Shown here piece by piece: positions 1 to 15,030 of a stretch of DNA of 64,000 nt. The translations under genes and the position numbers were made by a program. The notes under the pieces were generated by a model. The model ran no database searches. It had not been told where the DNA came from and saw only the letters and a list, made by a program, of their open reading frames with translations. Location: NCBI RefSeq assembly GCF_009914755.1, contig NC_060925.1, one strand, 5' to 3'. Source of the stretch: the human T2T-CHM13v2.0 reference genome, Homo sapiens. Position 1 is the first letter of the stretch; each line of letters opens with the position of its first letter.

Positions 1-1746
1 CTAGGTTTCCCTACTCGGATTAGTATCATTAGCTCATACCCTTTTTTTGTCCAATATTATATTGCATTTCTACACAGCTGTCCCTGCCTTATCGAACCTA
101 AGCATAAAATCAGATAGCTTCCTCTGTATCTTTCGAGCTTGAATCTGAAGGCGCCTATGTTATGTTGAACTATAATCAAATACATTTTTAATATTTTTCT
201 CTTGTTAACCTTTTTTTTTATAGGGGTGTCAGCTTTGACCTTTATACTGAGAAGGAAAGGAATCAAATTCTTTCTACCTTTATACTTCCAACTGTTTTTC
301 ATGCTGCCACTTCATTTGAAATATTTGAATTATATAAGTCCACTGGTTATGAACTTTTAATATTTTAAAAGCTCAAATTGCTTATCTTGGTGCTGGAACT
401 CTAAACAATGCAATATCAACCTGCTTTATCTTCTGCTACTACTTGTATATAAACAGGAAAAGTATTCTAATAGTCGCATAACTTTAATATCTTTAACAAA
501 AACATCTATATTTTTTCAGATTATACCATTAATATAATCATGTCTGAAACAAATTAGAATTCCCAGGAAAAAAATACAAGGAAATAAAAAAAATCATCTA
601 AGATTTTACCAAGTAGAGATAACCACTGTAAACCTTTGATATAGCTTACATGGTTTTTAGGAGTATATAACATTGAATTATCTAAATCATCTACATCTTT
701 TGCTTAAATAATACCAGTTAAAAGTAAATCTCCTTATAAATCACTAAACTAAATGTATATTTTTCAGATAAACATATTATAAACATGAAGATGTTAGATA
801 CCAGTTTGTATAGGAACGCTAATAATTACCTGTGTTTTACCTTTAACAGGCTATGCTTGATTAAGATAAGAAGATTTTTGTGACATCCTTTTTTTTATGC
901 TGGCTGTTTCTGAACTACACTGAACTTTTCTATCTGCATTGAGTTACTTAGATCACAGTTATAACTGACATTATATGATTGGTAGTGCAAAACAATATTT
1001 TCTACAGAGTAAAGGGGAGACAAAATAGTTCAACATGCAGTGGGAAATTTAAAAATCAGATGAAGATCTGCCCCTTGCTACTTTAATAATTGTAAGAGTT
1101 TAGTCAACTAACTTAGCAACCTGAAACTCTTTCTTTCTCTGACCAATAGGTATATAAAGGTTTTGTCAAAGAGTTGGTATGATGAATTATCCTAATTGTT
1201 ATTAGTAAGTAAGCTATTCACAGCTGTTTGGAATATCTGTGGATCAATTAAAGATACATTTTTGCCCCAAGCTATCCCAGTTCTTAATATTCTGTTCACC
1301 AAATCATTGCCAAACTGATAGATCAAATATACATCAGTTATGCCATTTACACATATCCATATATTCATATTAATCTAAAATAATAATCATATTAATGTAA
1401 GTATTCACATTAACATGAAGTTAGTAATCATATTACAATATACACATGTGTGTATACACAGTATTCATTCTGTGATAGTTATTACAAGCAAAGTACATTT
1501 GTGTTAGCTGTAATCATCCAAAAATGATCTTGTCATAATTTAATAAAATCCCATTTAACAGACAAGGATTTTCCAAAGCAAATCTTGATTTATGCAGTAT
1601 AAATGATTTTTTCTGTCTAGAAGATAATTAATAACTGTTTCATTTTATTTAGAGACTGTATTAAACATTTAACTAGAATGAATGAGCTGCCAATGCACCT
1701 CAGAAACTCAGGGGCTCGGTACATTTGCTTTGTCATGTATTATTTA

Positions 1747-2058
<312 letters not shown>

Positions 2059-2576
2059 TTAATTATTACTGGTTATGTTTTTGTTATAAGAAATTAGAGT
2101 TGGTTTAGCTTTTCATTAGCTACAAAATTTATGCTATAGGATAAGTTTATAAATATATAAATGTCATAGATTCTTCTATGATGAACTTGATGGAGATATT
2201 GAGGTAGGTGAATAAGTTAGATGATTTCTCACCCTTTATCTATACAATAATATAGCACAGATTTGTGTAGATATGTTATATATGTTAGTCTCTTGTTTAT
2301 TAATTAGTCATCATTTATATGCCCTAACTCCACAACTAGATTGTAAAGTCTCTGAGGATTAGAACAGCACTTTAAAGCTATTGTGCTATCTAATCAACTG
2401 TGTATTATATTTGATGATAATTTATATTATAAAACATTAAACTTTAAAAAATATGTACACATTAGTTTGCTTCAAATATGTGTGACTTAAATCATTATAA
2501 ATTAACAAACTTAAAATCAATGCAACCAGACTTGAATTTACATTACGAGCAGAGCTATATCAAATAGTTATCATAT

Positions 2577-2997
2577 TGTCATGGGTTGAATTGTATCCCA
2601 CAAAAATTTGTAATGTTGAAGTCCTAATTCTCAGTATCTCAGAATGTAATCCCATTTGGAAATACAGTCACTGAAAATATAATTAGTTAAGATAACATCG
2701 CTAGAGTGGGCCCTAATCCAATATAAGTGATATTCTTATAAAAAGGAGAAATTTAAACACAGATACACCCAAAGAGGGAAGATAATGTGAAGAGACACAG
2801 GGGAAAGACAGCCACCACAAGCCAAGAAGAGAAGTGCAGAACAGACCCTTCCGCCATGGACCTCAGAAGGAACCAACACTGCTGACACCTTGTTCTAGGA
2901 CTTCTAGCCTCCAACACTGGGAGACAATACATTTTTGTGGTTTGAGCCACCGACTCTGTGGTACTTTGCTATGGTAGCCCTAGCAAACTAGTATACA
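2577..2997 (+). mobile_element. MaLR solo LTR, MLT1B-like
   Basis: TG...CA termini; starts tgtcatgggttgaattgtatccc, ends ggtactttgctatggtagccctagcaaactagtataca; about 420 bp. Confidence 0.8.
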
Positions 2998-3521
2998 TAT
3001 AGTTGGAAAGATTTTAGCTCAAGAAAGAAGAATAACATTTCTTTCACATGGACCTATATTTTAATTCTACCATTTAATTAGTTATGTGAAGCCTAGAACA
3101 TTTTAGTATTAATAAAGTGGTAGCTATTACTATTGTTTTTATTAGTATCTTTATAATGCACTAGGAAAAAATGTGAAGCATCTGAATTTTTGTCATTATT
3201 CCTAGAGTCAAGTAAAAATGTATCTTTACGGCATAAAATAAGTTGGTTTCATTAATGTGACAAAATAGTATATGATTCTCTTGAAAAATTAATAAAAACA
3301 AGACTATAATATACAATTAAGTTATTTATATTTGAAGAGTGAAATCAATTAAAATTTAAGTCTTGGCATGTAGATTTGATTACTTAAATGATATAATGTT
3401 TCCTATAAAATCAGCACTTTTGGCAGAATGTGCTTTTTGTCTATCTTATAAGTTCAGAGAAATCATTGGCAGCTTCCAGATGCAAACTGTCAGAACATCA
3501 CTCTTGTTAACATATACTTAC

Positions 3522-3575
3522 TGGAGGCCCAGGAGGCCCTGGAAGACCACTGTCACCTTTCTGGCCAGCGGGTCC
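3522..3575 (-). CDS. COL11A1: COL11A1 exon 62 (54 bp) GPAGQKGDSGLPGPPGPP
   Basis: tttctaacag|GGA...CCA|gtaagt; 6 Gly-X-Y triplets. Confidence 0.97.
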
Positions 3576-3667
3576 CTGTTAGAAAGAAGAGAGAGGACAT
3601 AAATAAAGAAGAGGCAATTAAATAGGTTTCAATGCAAAATTAAATTGTCAAAGGGAAAAGTACTTAC

Positions 3668-3703
3668 AGTAGAGCCTTTGTTACCCTTTGGGCCTTGAGG
3701 ACC
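3668..3703 (-). CDS. COL11A1: COL11A1 exon 61 (36 bp) GPQGPKGNKGST
   Basis: cattttgtag|GGT...ACT|gtaagt; 4 triplets. Confidence 0.97.
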
Positions 3704-3810
3704 CTACAAAATGCAAATGCAAAAGCACAGATAAAAATCTGGAGCATTTGTGTCTCTGTTATATTTGTAACTTAACCCTACCTTATAAGGTTATTTTGTC
3801 TTGTACTTAC

Positions 3811-3864
3811 TGGTAAGCCTGGAGGACCAGGTGGACCTAAGGGACCAGCAGGACCAGGAATTCC
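3811..3864 (-). CDS. COL11A1: COL11A1 exon 60 (54 bp) GIPGPAGPLGPPGPPGLP
   Basis: ctctctctag|GGA...CCA|gtaagt. Confidence 0.97.
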
Positions 3865-4322
3865 CTAGAGAGAGAATCAGCCAATTTAAAGGGATTTTCT
3901 CAGCTATTTCATTTTCATGTTTTCATAACTTTTCAATATTTTCATAACAGCATACACTGTAAAATTTAGAGAATGCAAAAATATTTATGAATGGCTTAAA
4001 CATTTTTCCATGGTGAATCTAAAAAATAACTTGTGCAAAATAATCAGGATTTTTCCTATGTTGCTACAATATCAATGAGGTTTTTGTTTTCAATCTATAT
4101 GTGTTAATGTGTATATTCCTTTATCCCTCAGAATATGATTTACAGGTGATGGGAATTTAGTACATGTTTGTTTAAATAATACTCAACTGTAATTTTTATG
4201 GTTTCTAACTTAAATATTTTAAAATTTATTTACTCTAGGGCTGAATAAAAATATCTTTTTAAGAACATTACTGACTTAAATTAGAATTAAGACACTCTAA
4301 ATTCTTTCTTTGATCATACTTA

Positions 4323-4577
<255 letters not shown>

Positions 4578-5405
4578 TTATAAAATATTTGCACATTAAA
4601 TTTCTAAAGCATAAAAATGAACAATGCTGATAAAACAACATTAAAATACCCTTCTGAATGAAATATACAGTTAAGAATCTCCTTCTCATCACCTAACTGG
4701 ATCTTTTACTGCTTACTTTAAGTGAGGGCTTTATTAAGCATTGGAAATATTACAAAACAAAATGCTTTCTAAAAATATCATTTTAAGTGTTCCATTTGAG
4801 GAATCTCTAAACCAATAATGATCTCCTATAATATAAGTTGAATAAATAACAGAAAACTCATTATTTTAATAGGCATCTCATTTAATATGAAATAATTTCT
4901 ACTCTTCAGAGACTCTGCAGTCTTTAAAAGGCATTTGAAGATTTAAAAATAATCCAAACAATAATAATACCATTTTTAAAAAGGCTAATTTCTCTAAGTA
5001 CTTGGTGCAACTCAGCATAAATTCTAGTACATCAAATTAGTATTTGAAAGATATTTCTAGTTTAAAATTTTTATTTTCACATTTAAAAACATAAAAATAG
5101 ATATTTTGTTATTCAGTCTGTTTATTTTCTGAATAGTTATTTTAGTATAACCATATGCTTTCTCCATATGGTTGCTATAATGGAACCTTGAGAAGATATA
5201 GCACTGAATTCCAGCACATTTTTCACTATTTGCATATTTTCTCCCCTCTACATACATCTGGGAAGCTAAGGATTGAAGCTTTTTTCAGGGTTAGAATGAA
5301 GATATTGTTTGAAATTTTCTTTTGAATGATTTTAATCTGCAAAAGCAGGGCTATTAGTATATAAAAGCATATTCTTTTATTAATAACACATTCTTTTATT
5401 CTCAC

Positions 5406-5459
5406 CTTTTCACCCTTGGAGCCAGGGTCACCTTTGAGACCAGGTAAGCCAGGAGGTCC
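5406..5459 (-). CDS. COL11A1: COL11A1 exon 58 (54 bp) GPPGLPGLKGDPGSKGEK
   Basis: attatttag|GGA...AAG|gtgaga; with exon 59 forms a KGH helical cross-link-type motif (KGEK|GHP). Confidence 0.97.
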
Positions 5460-6547
5460 CTAAATAATAACAAAAAAAAAACCCCAAAACAAAAACAGAG
5501 TAGGTATGAATTAGAGAATCCTATAACTAGTCACAGACCTAGTTTAGTTTTGAAAATACGGAGTTGCAAATAGTAATGATTAATGTTGCTTTATTTTTAA
5601 GGCTTCTAAGTAAATTTATATATTTAAAACACTATGGTTTAATTTGTAACCATAATATTGATAATTTTGATTAAATGAATGTAAAGTTAGAAATAGAACA
5701 TGGTTATATGGCTTTTCAGTTAAGAATAAAGTGTCAATTTTTAAGTACACTAGTTTTGGAAGGGATTTCCAAATTATATATCCAGTTACTCAAACATTTT
5801 TATGTTACATGAATTTAAAAGTTTATGATATTTTTAGTAACATTTTTGAAAAAACTCAATAAACTTTTGAACAGTCAATAGATCTTTGATAACCACAGGA
5901 AAAAAAATAGACAAAATTTTAATACACTGTTTGGTTTGTATTTAAATAACAACCTCTATTTGTATATGTTAGAATGGTTGCCTAATAATATTCTATAGAA
6001 TAAGAAGATAATTCCTATATATACTAAATTAAAACATGGAACTCTGTAATTCTTCTAGGCCATGGCCAATTTTCTGAATTCTGATCTCAATTCTTATTCT
6101 TTGTTCTCTTGAAATCAGATGTCCTTCACTATGATTACTGGAGAGAGACATATACTACGAATACTTAATAATCCCAATAAAATATTGCATGTATATTATT
6201 CATGAAGAAGTTAGAGATCATGACTATTAATTTCTCTAAGCTAAAGTATAAGACGTTACAAACTACATCAAGATGGTACTTTCAGCTGTAATTTCTAAAT
6301 TGCACCTCATATCTAAATGATTTATGAAATTAATAAAGAAATTTATTTTTTATATAAATATACTTCTATTTCAATAATTTAACGTTTTTAATAGTCCCAG
6401 ACTAAGACATTTATCCTTTTAACTTACATTCTATGAAAATTATGGCATGACTTTAGCAACCAACTCTGTCCTGCCCCCCCGCCCAAGGAAATTTTCATAC
6501 TGATGACTTTCGAACAAACTGTTTTATCTATAAATTGTTGTACTCTA

Positions 6548-6887
6548 GGCCAGGCACAATGGCTCACACCTGTAATCCTAGCAATTTGAGAGCCTGAGGT
6601 GGGAGGACCGCTTGAACCTAGGAATTTGCAACCAGCCTGGGTAACACAGTGAGACATTTTGTCTACAAAAAAAAAAAAAAAAGCAAAAACTAGAATAATT
6701 GGTGGTGTGCACCTGCTGTCCCAGCTACTTGAGAGGCTAAGGGAGGAGGGTCACTTGAACCCATGAGTTTGAGGCTTCGGTGAGCTAAGATCACACCACT
6801 GCACTCCTGCATGGGTGACAGAGGAACACCCTGTCGCTAGAGAAAGTAAACAAAACAAAACACAAAAACACACCACACTAACAAGCC
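6548..6887 (+). mobile_element. AluJ (Jo-like) with 13-bp target-site duplication
   Basis: dimeric Alu with J-type arms; TSD aaattgttgtact at 6532-6544 and 6888-6900. Confidence 0.92.
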
Positions 6888-7390
6888 AAATTGTTGTACT
6901 ACAATTTTGAAGACAACACAAAATACAGTCCTTGTGAAATTATACAAGTGACACTACGCAGGCAACAGATGCTGTTGGAAGTGAAACTGATGCTAAAAAA
7001 ATGATTTATATGTGACTTATGAAATTAGGGCCACGATAACCTAGATATGTCACTATGTCACTACTGCTTGCCGCAAGTCCTAAGGCACCCAGCAACAAAA
7101 GCAAACTGTTCATATGGTTTCTCTATGAATTAGAATTATTTTGATAGAATTCAATTAGCTCAATTATAATTTCAGTAATAATTTTCATCATGGCTCTATG
7201 ACAGCAAATTGTTTTAACTTTTTACCAAAGTACATCATGAGTCACCACTATTGTATCTTCTACAAGGCTACCATGAGTAATATTTTCCTCTATCTGGAAA
7301 CACTATTTCTTCAGTGTAAAACAGCACATTATATCCTGGTCCATAATTTTTGTGAATTTAAAGCCTTAAGAACTATGGATCTGATCCAAG

Positions 7391-7560
7391 CAGTATGATG
7401 TACTAGGAAAAGTATGGGTTCAGAATAGATAAGGTCTGGCATAGATACCAAACTCTCTTCTTAGCTACTTAAATTAATTGGACAAATAGAGCTTCAGTTT
7501 TCTCATCTACAAGCTGGGGACTACAATTCCTATCTCATAGAGCTGCTGCATGAATGAGGA
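7391..7560 (+). mobile_element. MIR fragment
   Basis: core gagcttcagttttctcatctacaagctggggactacaattcctatctcatagagctgctg resembles the MIR core. Confidence 0.65.
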
Positions 7561-9206
7561 TGGGCCCTCCCTATTCTTTAGTTTCTGAAGCCTGCTTCTC
7601 AAACCAAAACTGTGAATATCAGGAAAGAGCAAGAATAGTGTTAATATAAATTAGCCCTTGTGTAACAATGGTATTTTAGACTATTATTAGGTATACTTAT
7701 GTTTTTTAATTCATAACTGAATTTGGAATTCTCTAAGTATTAAAGTGGACAATTTCCCTATATTATTCAATTAACAACAGACAAAAGTTATTTTCATACA
7801 AGCACATGCAGTTTTAAGTGTAGATATGCTTAATAATAATCTTCTAATAAGGAGAAAATTACTAATCCTCAGAGTCAAATTTATATGAATTTAGTTACAT
7901 TCTCTTTTGTATAAGAATAAACAATCATCCTGCCCTGTTAAATCTCAGACAAAAAGACCACAATGAAATTGTCAAATTCACTTTCAAGTATATAGTTATC
8001 TCCCCATTACTGGGGCTTTGCTCTCCATAGTAAAAATTGTATAAACAGTGAAGCATAATATAAATTTGAATTATTATCATTAGTTTTAGATATGCTACAG
8101 ATAAATACCTGTCAACTTTCTCATCCCATTCTAATAGAAAAAGCTAAAATGGCAAGAAAAGAACTACTAGTGATTCTAATTGCTCAAGCTTAGTGAAAAA
8201 TATATTAGACATTATTTGTGTTTTAAATGCATTAAAAATCCTTTCCATAAATATTATTCATGAAGTTAAAGATAATGAATATTAATTTATCTAAGCTAAT
8301 AATCTCTCTTAACATTATAAACTACATCTAAAGATGAGTTTGCCAAACAAAATCAGTTTTTATTTTCATCAGCTGGAAATAGAAATTGGTATGATATCGA
8401 GAGCAGTTATAAATAACCCTTTGAACCTGAAACAGATCAAAAACATCAACTCTGCATATAAAAATGTTATTCTAACTATACATATTTTCTATTTTTCTCT
8501 TTCGGATATTGTAAATTGAAAACCCCCAGGGAAATACATAATTCATAAGTAATAAAGTGAAAAGGAAAACAGGGATGATACATTCTTAAGTGTCTAGAAT
8601 ACACAAGCAAACATTTTCCCCTGCAGTATTATACTTTCTGGAATATTTGCTTTGATCTGCATTTCAAAACTCTAGTTCATTGAAATTTAAAGAAACTGCA
8701 GATCCTACACTTTATTTAAAATATAAAATTGTGGAATAATATTTAATCTGGTGAAAAGCAAATGCTTTTTTATTTAAACCTTTTTAATCATTGTGGAATG
8801 CTACCCATATCACCCTTGTCTACAGATAACTTAAATGTAGGATTAAAGAAATAAACTCTAATTCAGTATCCCATCCTATCTTTTAAGTTTTTATTGTTTA
8901 AAAAATAATGCTATCAGATATTTTATTTAACATTTTGTTATCAAAAGCAGAAATGTGTGATAATACTAAATAATCTTTTTTGAACATAAATGCTGAATAA
9001 TTTTTCAGCTGCATTAAAACAAATAGAGTCTTAAAAGAATACAAAACAAAACAAAATAAAACCTTAAAGCTAAGACAGATGTTAATTCTGACTTCAAAAA
9101 ATCAAATACATTTTAGTTTTAAAAGTGACTAAATCATTTTAATTTTGACTTTGTATCAGAGGGTAGAATTTAGACATCTTCATTCTTCTCTTTAAAACAC
9201 TCAATT

Positions 9207-9505
9207 GGCCAGGCTTGGTGGCTCACGCCTGTAATCCCAGCACTTTGGGAGACAGAGGTGGATGGATCGCTTGAGCCCTGGAGTCCAAGAGCAGCCTGGG
9301 CAACTGTCAAAAACCTATCTGTACTAAAAATGACAAAAATTAGCCTGGTGCAGTGGCACAAACCTGCAGCCCCAGCTAACCGAGAGGCTGAGGCGGGAGG
9401 ATCACCTAAGCCTAGAAGGACAAGGTTGTAGTGACTCGTGATTGTGCCACTGCACTCCAGCCCCGGTGATAGAGTGAGACTCTGTCTCAATAAATAAATA
9501 AATAC
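9207..9505 (+). mobile_element. AluJ (Jb-like)
   Basis: full dimer with (AAAT)n tail and a degenerate TSD aaaca(c/t)tca(a/g)t. Confidence 0.9.
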
Positions 9506-9719
9506 TGAAACATTCAGTCTTATTCCCATTTAATGTTGGTTGACTACTAAAATAGTAGTATAATTCAACCAATACAAAATTCTAATGAAAATTTTAAAAA
9601 TCCTTTAAGAAACCCTAATAAAATTATATTATACCGACTCTAGCAGAGTCCCACTTAAAAAAACAAACTCCAATAGAGTTATTTATATAGGCTGATCATC
9701 ATCCTTAGCTTTTGATTAG

Positions 9720-9935
<216 letters not shown>

Positions 9936-11034
9936 TGATCTAAGTACACATTTGTAGTGTGTGTGAGTGTGTGTGTGTACACCTATACACATATACAAAT
10001 GTAAATATATGTTGAATTCATGTTTATAAACAAGTTTTTTACCATGTGAAATATGTACTTTTTCAAGTAAAAAATAAATACTATATCACATCTGACTCTA
10101 GTAGAGCTGATAACATAGTGTGGGCAGACACCAAGCAGAAATCATTTTAAGAGTTTAAAAAATCAGTTTGTTTTACTCTACCCCAAAGAATTTCATATCC
10201 AGAAACTTCCTATAAAATTGTTAAACTTATCTATGTGTCTAATGGATGCTCTGTTAGATATTTCAATTGTCTAAATAGGTAGCTGCCAATCTGGAGAGAT
10301 GAAAGTAGGTAAGTTGTACTTACTGAACAGCTAGGTTGTATTTAAAAGGTGGGGAAAAGGGGAATGTCTTGGTAGCTTTATCTCACCAGTAGAAACAATA
10401 CAGTAGGTAGTTACAGGCAGCTTCTAGAAGGGGAAAAGAGACCCAATAGGTACTTGTGGAACTCCAATGATAAGCAAATTGAAGCCTGTGTAGATTTGGA
10501 TATGGATGTGAATATATGTTATAATGAGGAAAAAATTCATCATGGAGAAAGTATTATTATTATAGCTTTCACACAGATTAATTTCAGAGATTAATAGAAA
10601 CCTCTATGAATTTCCAAATCTCGTTAATCTCACAGCCACTGTGTTATCCACACTTACACCTCTCTGTTCCTTCTTTAATAATCGTATCATATTTCTAAAC
10701 AGGGAAGGGTCCCTAGAGGAAATTACATTTAAATGGTCCAACTCTGTGTATATCTAGTATCCTCTGCTTGAGTCTATCATAGTACTTAACATGTTAACAC
10801 TCTAACTTTTCTAAGTATAATTGTACTTGTTGATCTCTTCCATTTGCTTTAATAGTCAACAACTTGCATAAGGTTTATTGATGACACACATGCATGAATG
10901 AGGTCAAATTTAGTTACTTTCCACTAAGAATATAAAATTGATTGGTTTTCAACATATTTATCATTATTTCATTCATTTAATGATTCTTGATTTGGTGCTA
11001 CTAGTGCTAATTGTTGATATAAAAGTGATTTACA

Positions 11035-11290
11035 AGCAATTCATTTAATTAACTTAAGAACCCCATGGGGTAGAAGATATCCATATCCCAATTGAACTCA
11101 CTTAAACTTTAGAAATATCACTGGATAGAGGCTAGCAATATTCCCATTTTATAAATGAAGAACTTAAAGCCAAAAAAAAAAAAAGGTAATGTTCCTAAAG
11201 TCATCCACCAAGTAAGTGGTAGTGATTGTTTCTGAACCCAGGAGTTTGGCTCTAGAGTCGATAACCTTAACTAGTAACCATAATAAGTTA
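11035..11290 (-). mobile_element. MIR fragment
   Basis: cccattttataaatgaagaacttaaagc...cctaaagtcatccaccaagtaagtgg...tgaacccaggagtttggctctagagtc. Confidence 0.7.
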
Positions 11291-13082
11291 CTTCTCATTC
11301 TGATTTAAAAATTACCTACTAAAATAGATCTTTCTTAGTTGAGTTGAAAGGCTCATTAAATTGCCATAAATGGCATTTTGAAGATGATTTATCTGCCCAT
11401 CCTCACCTCATGAAGACCAAGTAGCATTTTCATTGAGATTACATATCACAAGTCAAGACTAATTAAAGCTATGAAAAAACTACACATTATATTCACATCG
11501 TAAGTACTCGCCATAAAACAAGCAGTCAGAATGGAATGTGCCCATGCAGCCCACTTCTGATGTTTATCATTCCGCTTTACCTAAAGGATTTGGAAATTAT
11601 TCTGTCCTCTTGCGCTGTAAACTCACATTTATTTAAAAGACAAAAATACAAAAGTTTGTATGCCAAATCAGGTGATATGTCAGAAGGTTTTATTTTTAAT
11701 ATTAGCTGAAGGAAATCTCCAGCATGGTGCTTTTTATTTCATCTGCAGAAAGGTCAAAATATTTACCGGAAAATCTGAAATAACAAGAAAAAATCTCTGG
11801 CAAATTTTAGAGTGACATTAAGGCAAGGTATTTTTTCCTTCCAGGCTCTGACTCTGGGCAGTTATGAGTTTATCATATCTAAGGAGAATATTCATAAGTA
11901 ATGGTACAGATGTGGAGCTGATCCTGCTTCAACCGGGGCCCTTTTCCTAAGCTGATGAGATAATGGGCAGAACTGATCATCTCCTGCTTGAAATCTACCA
12001 AAATTTGATAACTTTTATCTAGTTACTAAATAAGTGATCTTTAAATTCTTCAGTGAAAGTTTAAATAATCTCTTTAAAACTTATGAAATATTTGGTAGGT
12101 ATGCTTTGCATACCAAAGATGCTGTGGCATCTTTGTTAAAAGGAATAACCAAAATTTTTCCTGAATGAACTGTGAATCCCAGTTGTGATGGCTTTGTGCG
12201 TATGTTTCTATCTCTGAGATAATTAATATATTTATGATAAAAGGCATTTGAATAAATTTTAAAATACCATATAGCAGGACTTAACTAATACTCACCACAC
12301 ATACGAGTGCTATATGTATGATTTGCCATTTTGATTAATCACTCCACACTTAACTATTACTGGATAATGACACTCAAAAATCTCTACCATAAGAAAAAAA
12401 TATATATATATATATAAAGCAACTAAGTCACCTAGTAAGGAATTATTTTAAAGGGCAAGTCTTTTATTCTCACTTTTTGCCCAAATTTGTATCAAGTATA
12501 GCCTCAGATCCTATAATAAACTCCACCTATGAATAGTATCCCAGTCAACAAAATACTTTATTGCATTTCTCAAGCATGTTGTTTGCACACAGATTTAATG
12601 ATAGTGACCAAGCTTCAGTGTTACAGTAGCCATATCTTTTTTCACTGAGTTTTACTGTTTTATGTTTCAGCCTGTATGACTCACGAAGAGAACAATTTGT
12701 TTCGTCAAAGAATCACTCTATGCTGGTGCCAGCATACTTTTTAAAGTGAAATGCCAGGAAAATAAGTGTAACTGCAAGCATTTTAGGGAACTATCCAGAC
12801 TAGGAAAAACACTGGCTGGATCATTAGTGGCATTTCATTCAGAGTGGAAATATTTTTTCATCCAAAGTGCATAAGAAAGAAACAAATCTTCTGATCAAGT
12901 GGTTTATTTTCCATATACCTATCAGTTAGGATTACTTTCCTCTAAGACAAAATAATATACTTCTTGGACTATTAGAAAAAATACAAACCTATTTATAAAC
13001 TAAAATGTCAAAAATTCTAGCTAATAAACAATTTTGTTTTAGAAATTCTCACTTTTTAAATGACTGAAAAGATCTTACTCAC

Positions 13083-13136
13083 CATAGGACCAGGTGGTCC
13101 ATCTTGGCCTGCAGCTCCAGGGAGACCTTGTTCTCC
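13083..13136 (-). CDS. COL11A1: COL11A1 exon 57 (54 bp) GEQGLPGAAGQDGPPGPM
   Basis: ttttctctag|GGA...ATG|gtgagt. Confidence 0.97.
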
Positions 13137-13593
13137 CTAGAGAAAATAAAAATGATTGATTTTTAAAATTAATAAAATAATACATATTTATTTATTTATT
13201 TTAAATTTTAGAAATACAATAAGAAAACAAAGGAAATATCACCCTTAAGTTCCACCATATGGAGGACATCTACAAATATTGTAAATAATTTTGTGTCTTT
13301 AATATGTGTATATGTCTATATTCAAATACACACCTATATATACATATACATAGGTTATATATAAACATTTCACATCATTGAAATTTTAAAATTTGGTTTT
13401 CTATTTTCTCTTTATAAGTTAGTGTTTCACCATGAACTTATTAAATAAATGATATACTTAAATATATGAAGAATATCTTTTTTACATTATATTTACAGAA
13501 TTCCCACAAAATTATCCACGTTATAACTTATGAAATAATGCTAACATAGACACCTTCATTCAAAATTTTTTTAAAATAAAAATGTTATTTTCA

Positions 13594-13734
<141 letters not shown>

Positions 13735-13898
13735 TTAGAAAGTAAAATATGGGAGCACATTAGTGATGAGAAAATACTTTTATTATTTTATTAAATGCAC
13801 TGAAAAAAGTAGATCAGTTTATGCATGAAATTTTCAAATATAATACCTTGTATATATAATATATAATATATATTATGTATATATTATTTTTTTTTTAC

Positions 13899-13952
13899 CT
13901 TAGCACCTTTTTCACCTTGTCTTCCCTCTGCACCTGCAGCTCCAGGAGGACC
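13899..13952 (-). CDS. COL11A1: COL11A1 exon 55 (54 bp) GPPGAAGAEGRQGEKGAK
   Basis: atgtctatag|GGT...AAG|gtaaaa. Confidence 0.97.
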
Positions 13953-14877
13953 CTATAGACATAAGATTTATTGTAAAATATGTATCACATATAAAAGTAA
14001 TGTTAATGAGCACTTGTTTACAAACACTAAACTTTAGTTTGTAACAGATGAATAAATTGTAGTTTTCTATCACTATTTGGTTTAAAACATAATAACGAAA
14101 ATCAAAACCCATTTTATGTACAAACTTCCTCTTAGAATACTGAAAAACAGCACAAATTAAGTATACAACAATCACTTCACATCAATATAAGAAAGCAGTA
14201 AAAATAAAGTTTTTAAAGAAATGCTGATGAATTAAAATCGCCACCCTGAGTGTGTTAAATACTGATATATCATTTATGTTTATTATTAGAAATTAATTTA
14301 ATATATCTACTTGTATTCTACTTTTATTCTCATATGTGTTTTAAGAATGGCCCCTTCCTTAATCTTAGAATATGTATATGTTCATGCATTCTTACAGGAT
14401 CACATAACAACTAAAGAAACACAATATTTTAAATTATGATGGTCAACAGACACAGTATTTTCATTTTTGAGAACTATGCAGTTCACATAAATAGGTAAAA
14501 TGAAAGCAAATATCACTTTTTAAATCCTAATATTAGAAGTAAAATTGAAAAAAAAATTACACTTTAGATGCCATCCAAAAGCATAAGTACAGAATGACTG
14601 AAAAAGAAACTTAATGATCTCTAAGAAACTGCTTTTCATTTTTTTCCCTCAGACTGTCTTGTTTTTCCATTCATTTACCTTAATTTTCATAATAAATTGT
14701 GCTCAAAATCATTAACTGAGATTGGGGTTGGTGGTTGCAGAGAGTAGTCATGGTGGTGTTAATTGGTGAGAATAAGGTGAGGCAGGAGGGTGACTGTTCC
14801 TTTTCAGATGCCATATTAATATTTTAATGGTGAATATATCCCAGCCTTTTATATCGTATTTTAAACTGAGTATCAAT

Positions 14878-15030
14878 AGTGGTGGATGATGAGAGGTTGC
14901 TTGGAGGGTACAACGTGCATTGCTTCAGTGATGGATGCACTGAAGGCCCAGACTTCATCACAATGTAATATCAGTATAGCAAAATTGCACGTGTACCCCA
15001 TGAATTTATACACAAAGTAAAGATGAATAA
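14878..15030 (+). mobile_element. Short L1 3' end (L1PB/L1MA-like) with TSD
   Basis: gggtacaacgtgcattgcttcagtgatggatgcactgaaggcccagacttc...gtgtaccccatgaatttatac; TSD tgagtatcaa at 14867-14876 and 15033-15042. Confidence 0.8.

Noticed and set aside
3668-3703. 36-bp exon as a deletion allele breaking the 54-bp rule
   Set aside because: Splice sites are canonical, the Gly-X-Y register is kept, and cumulative numbering only matches the recalled c.4603 and c.4609-4858 positions if this exon is 36 bp.
7960-7972. Inverted SOX motif ACAAT-gaa-ATTGT as a SOX9 dimer site (similar at 21962-21978)
   Set aside because: Spacing at 7960 is shorter than the usual SOX9 dimer arrangement, and such 5-mers are frequent in AT-rich DNA; not supportable without ChIP or conservation data.
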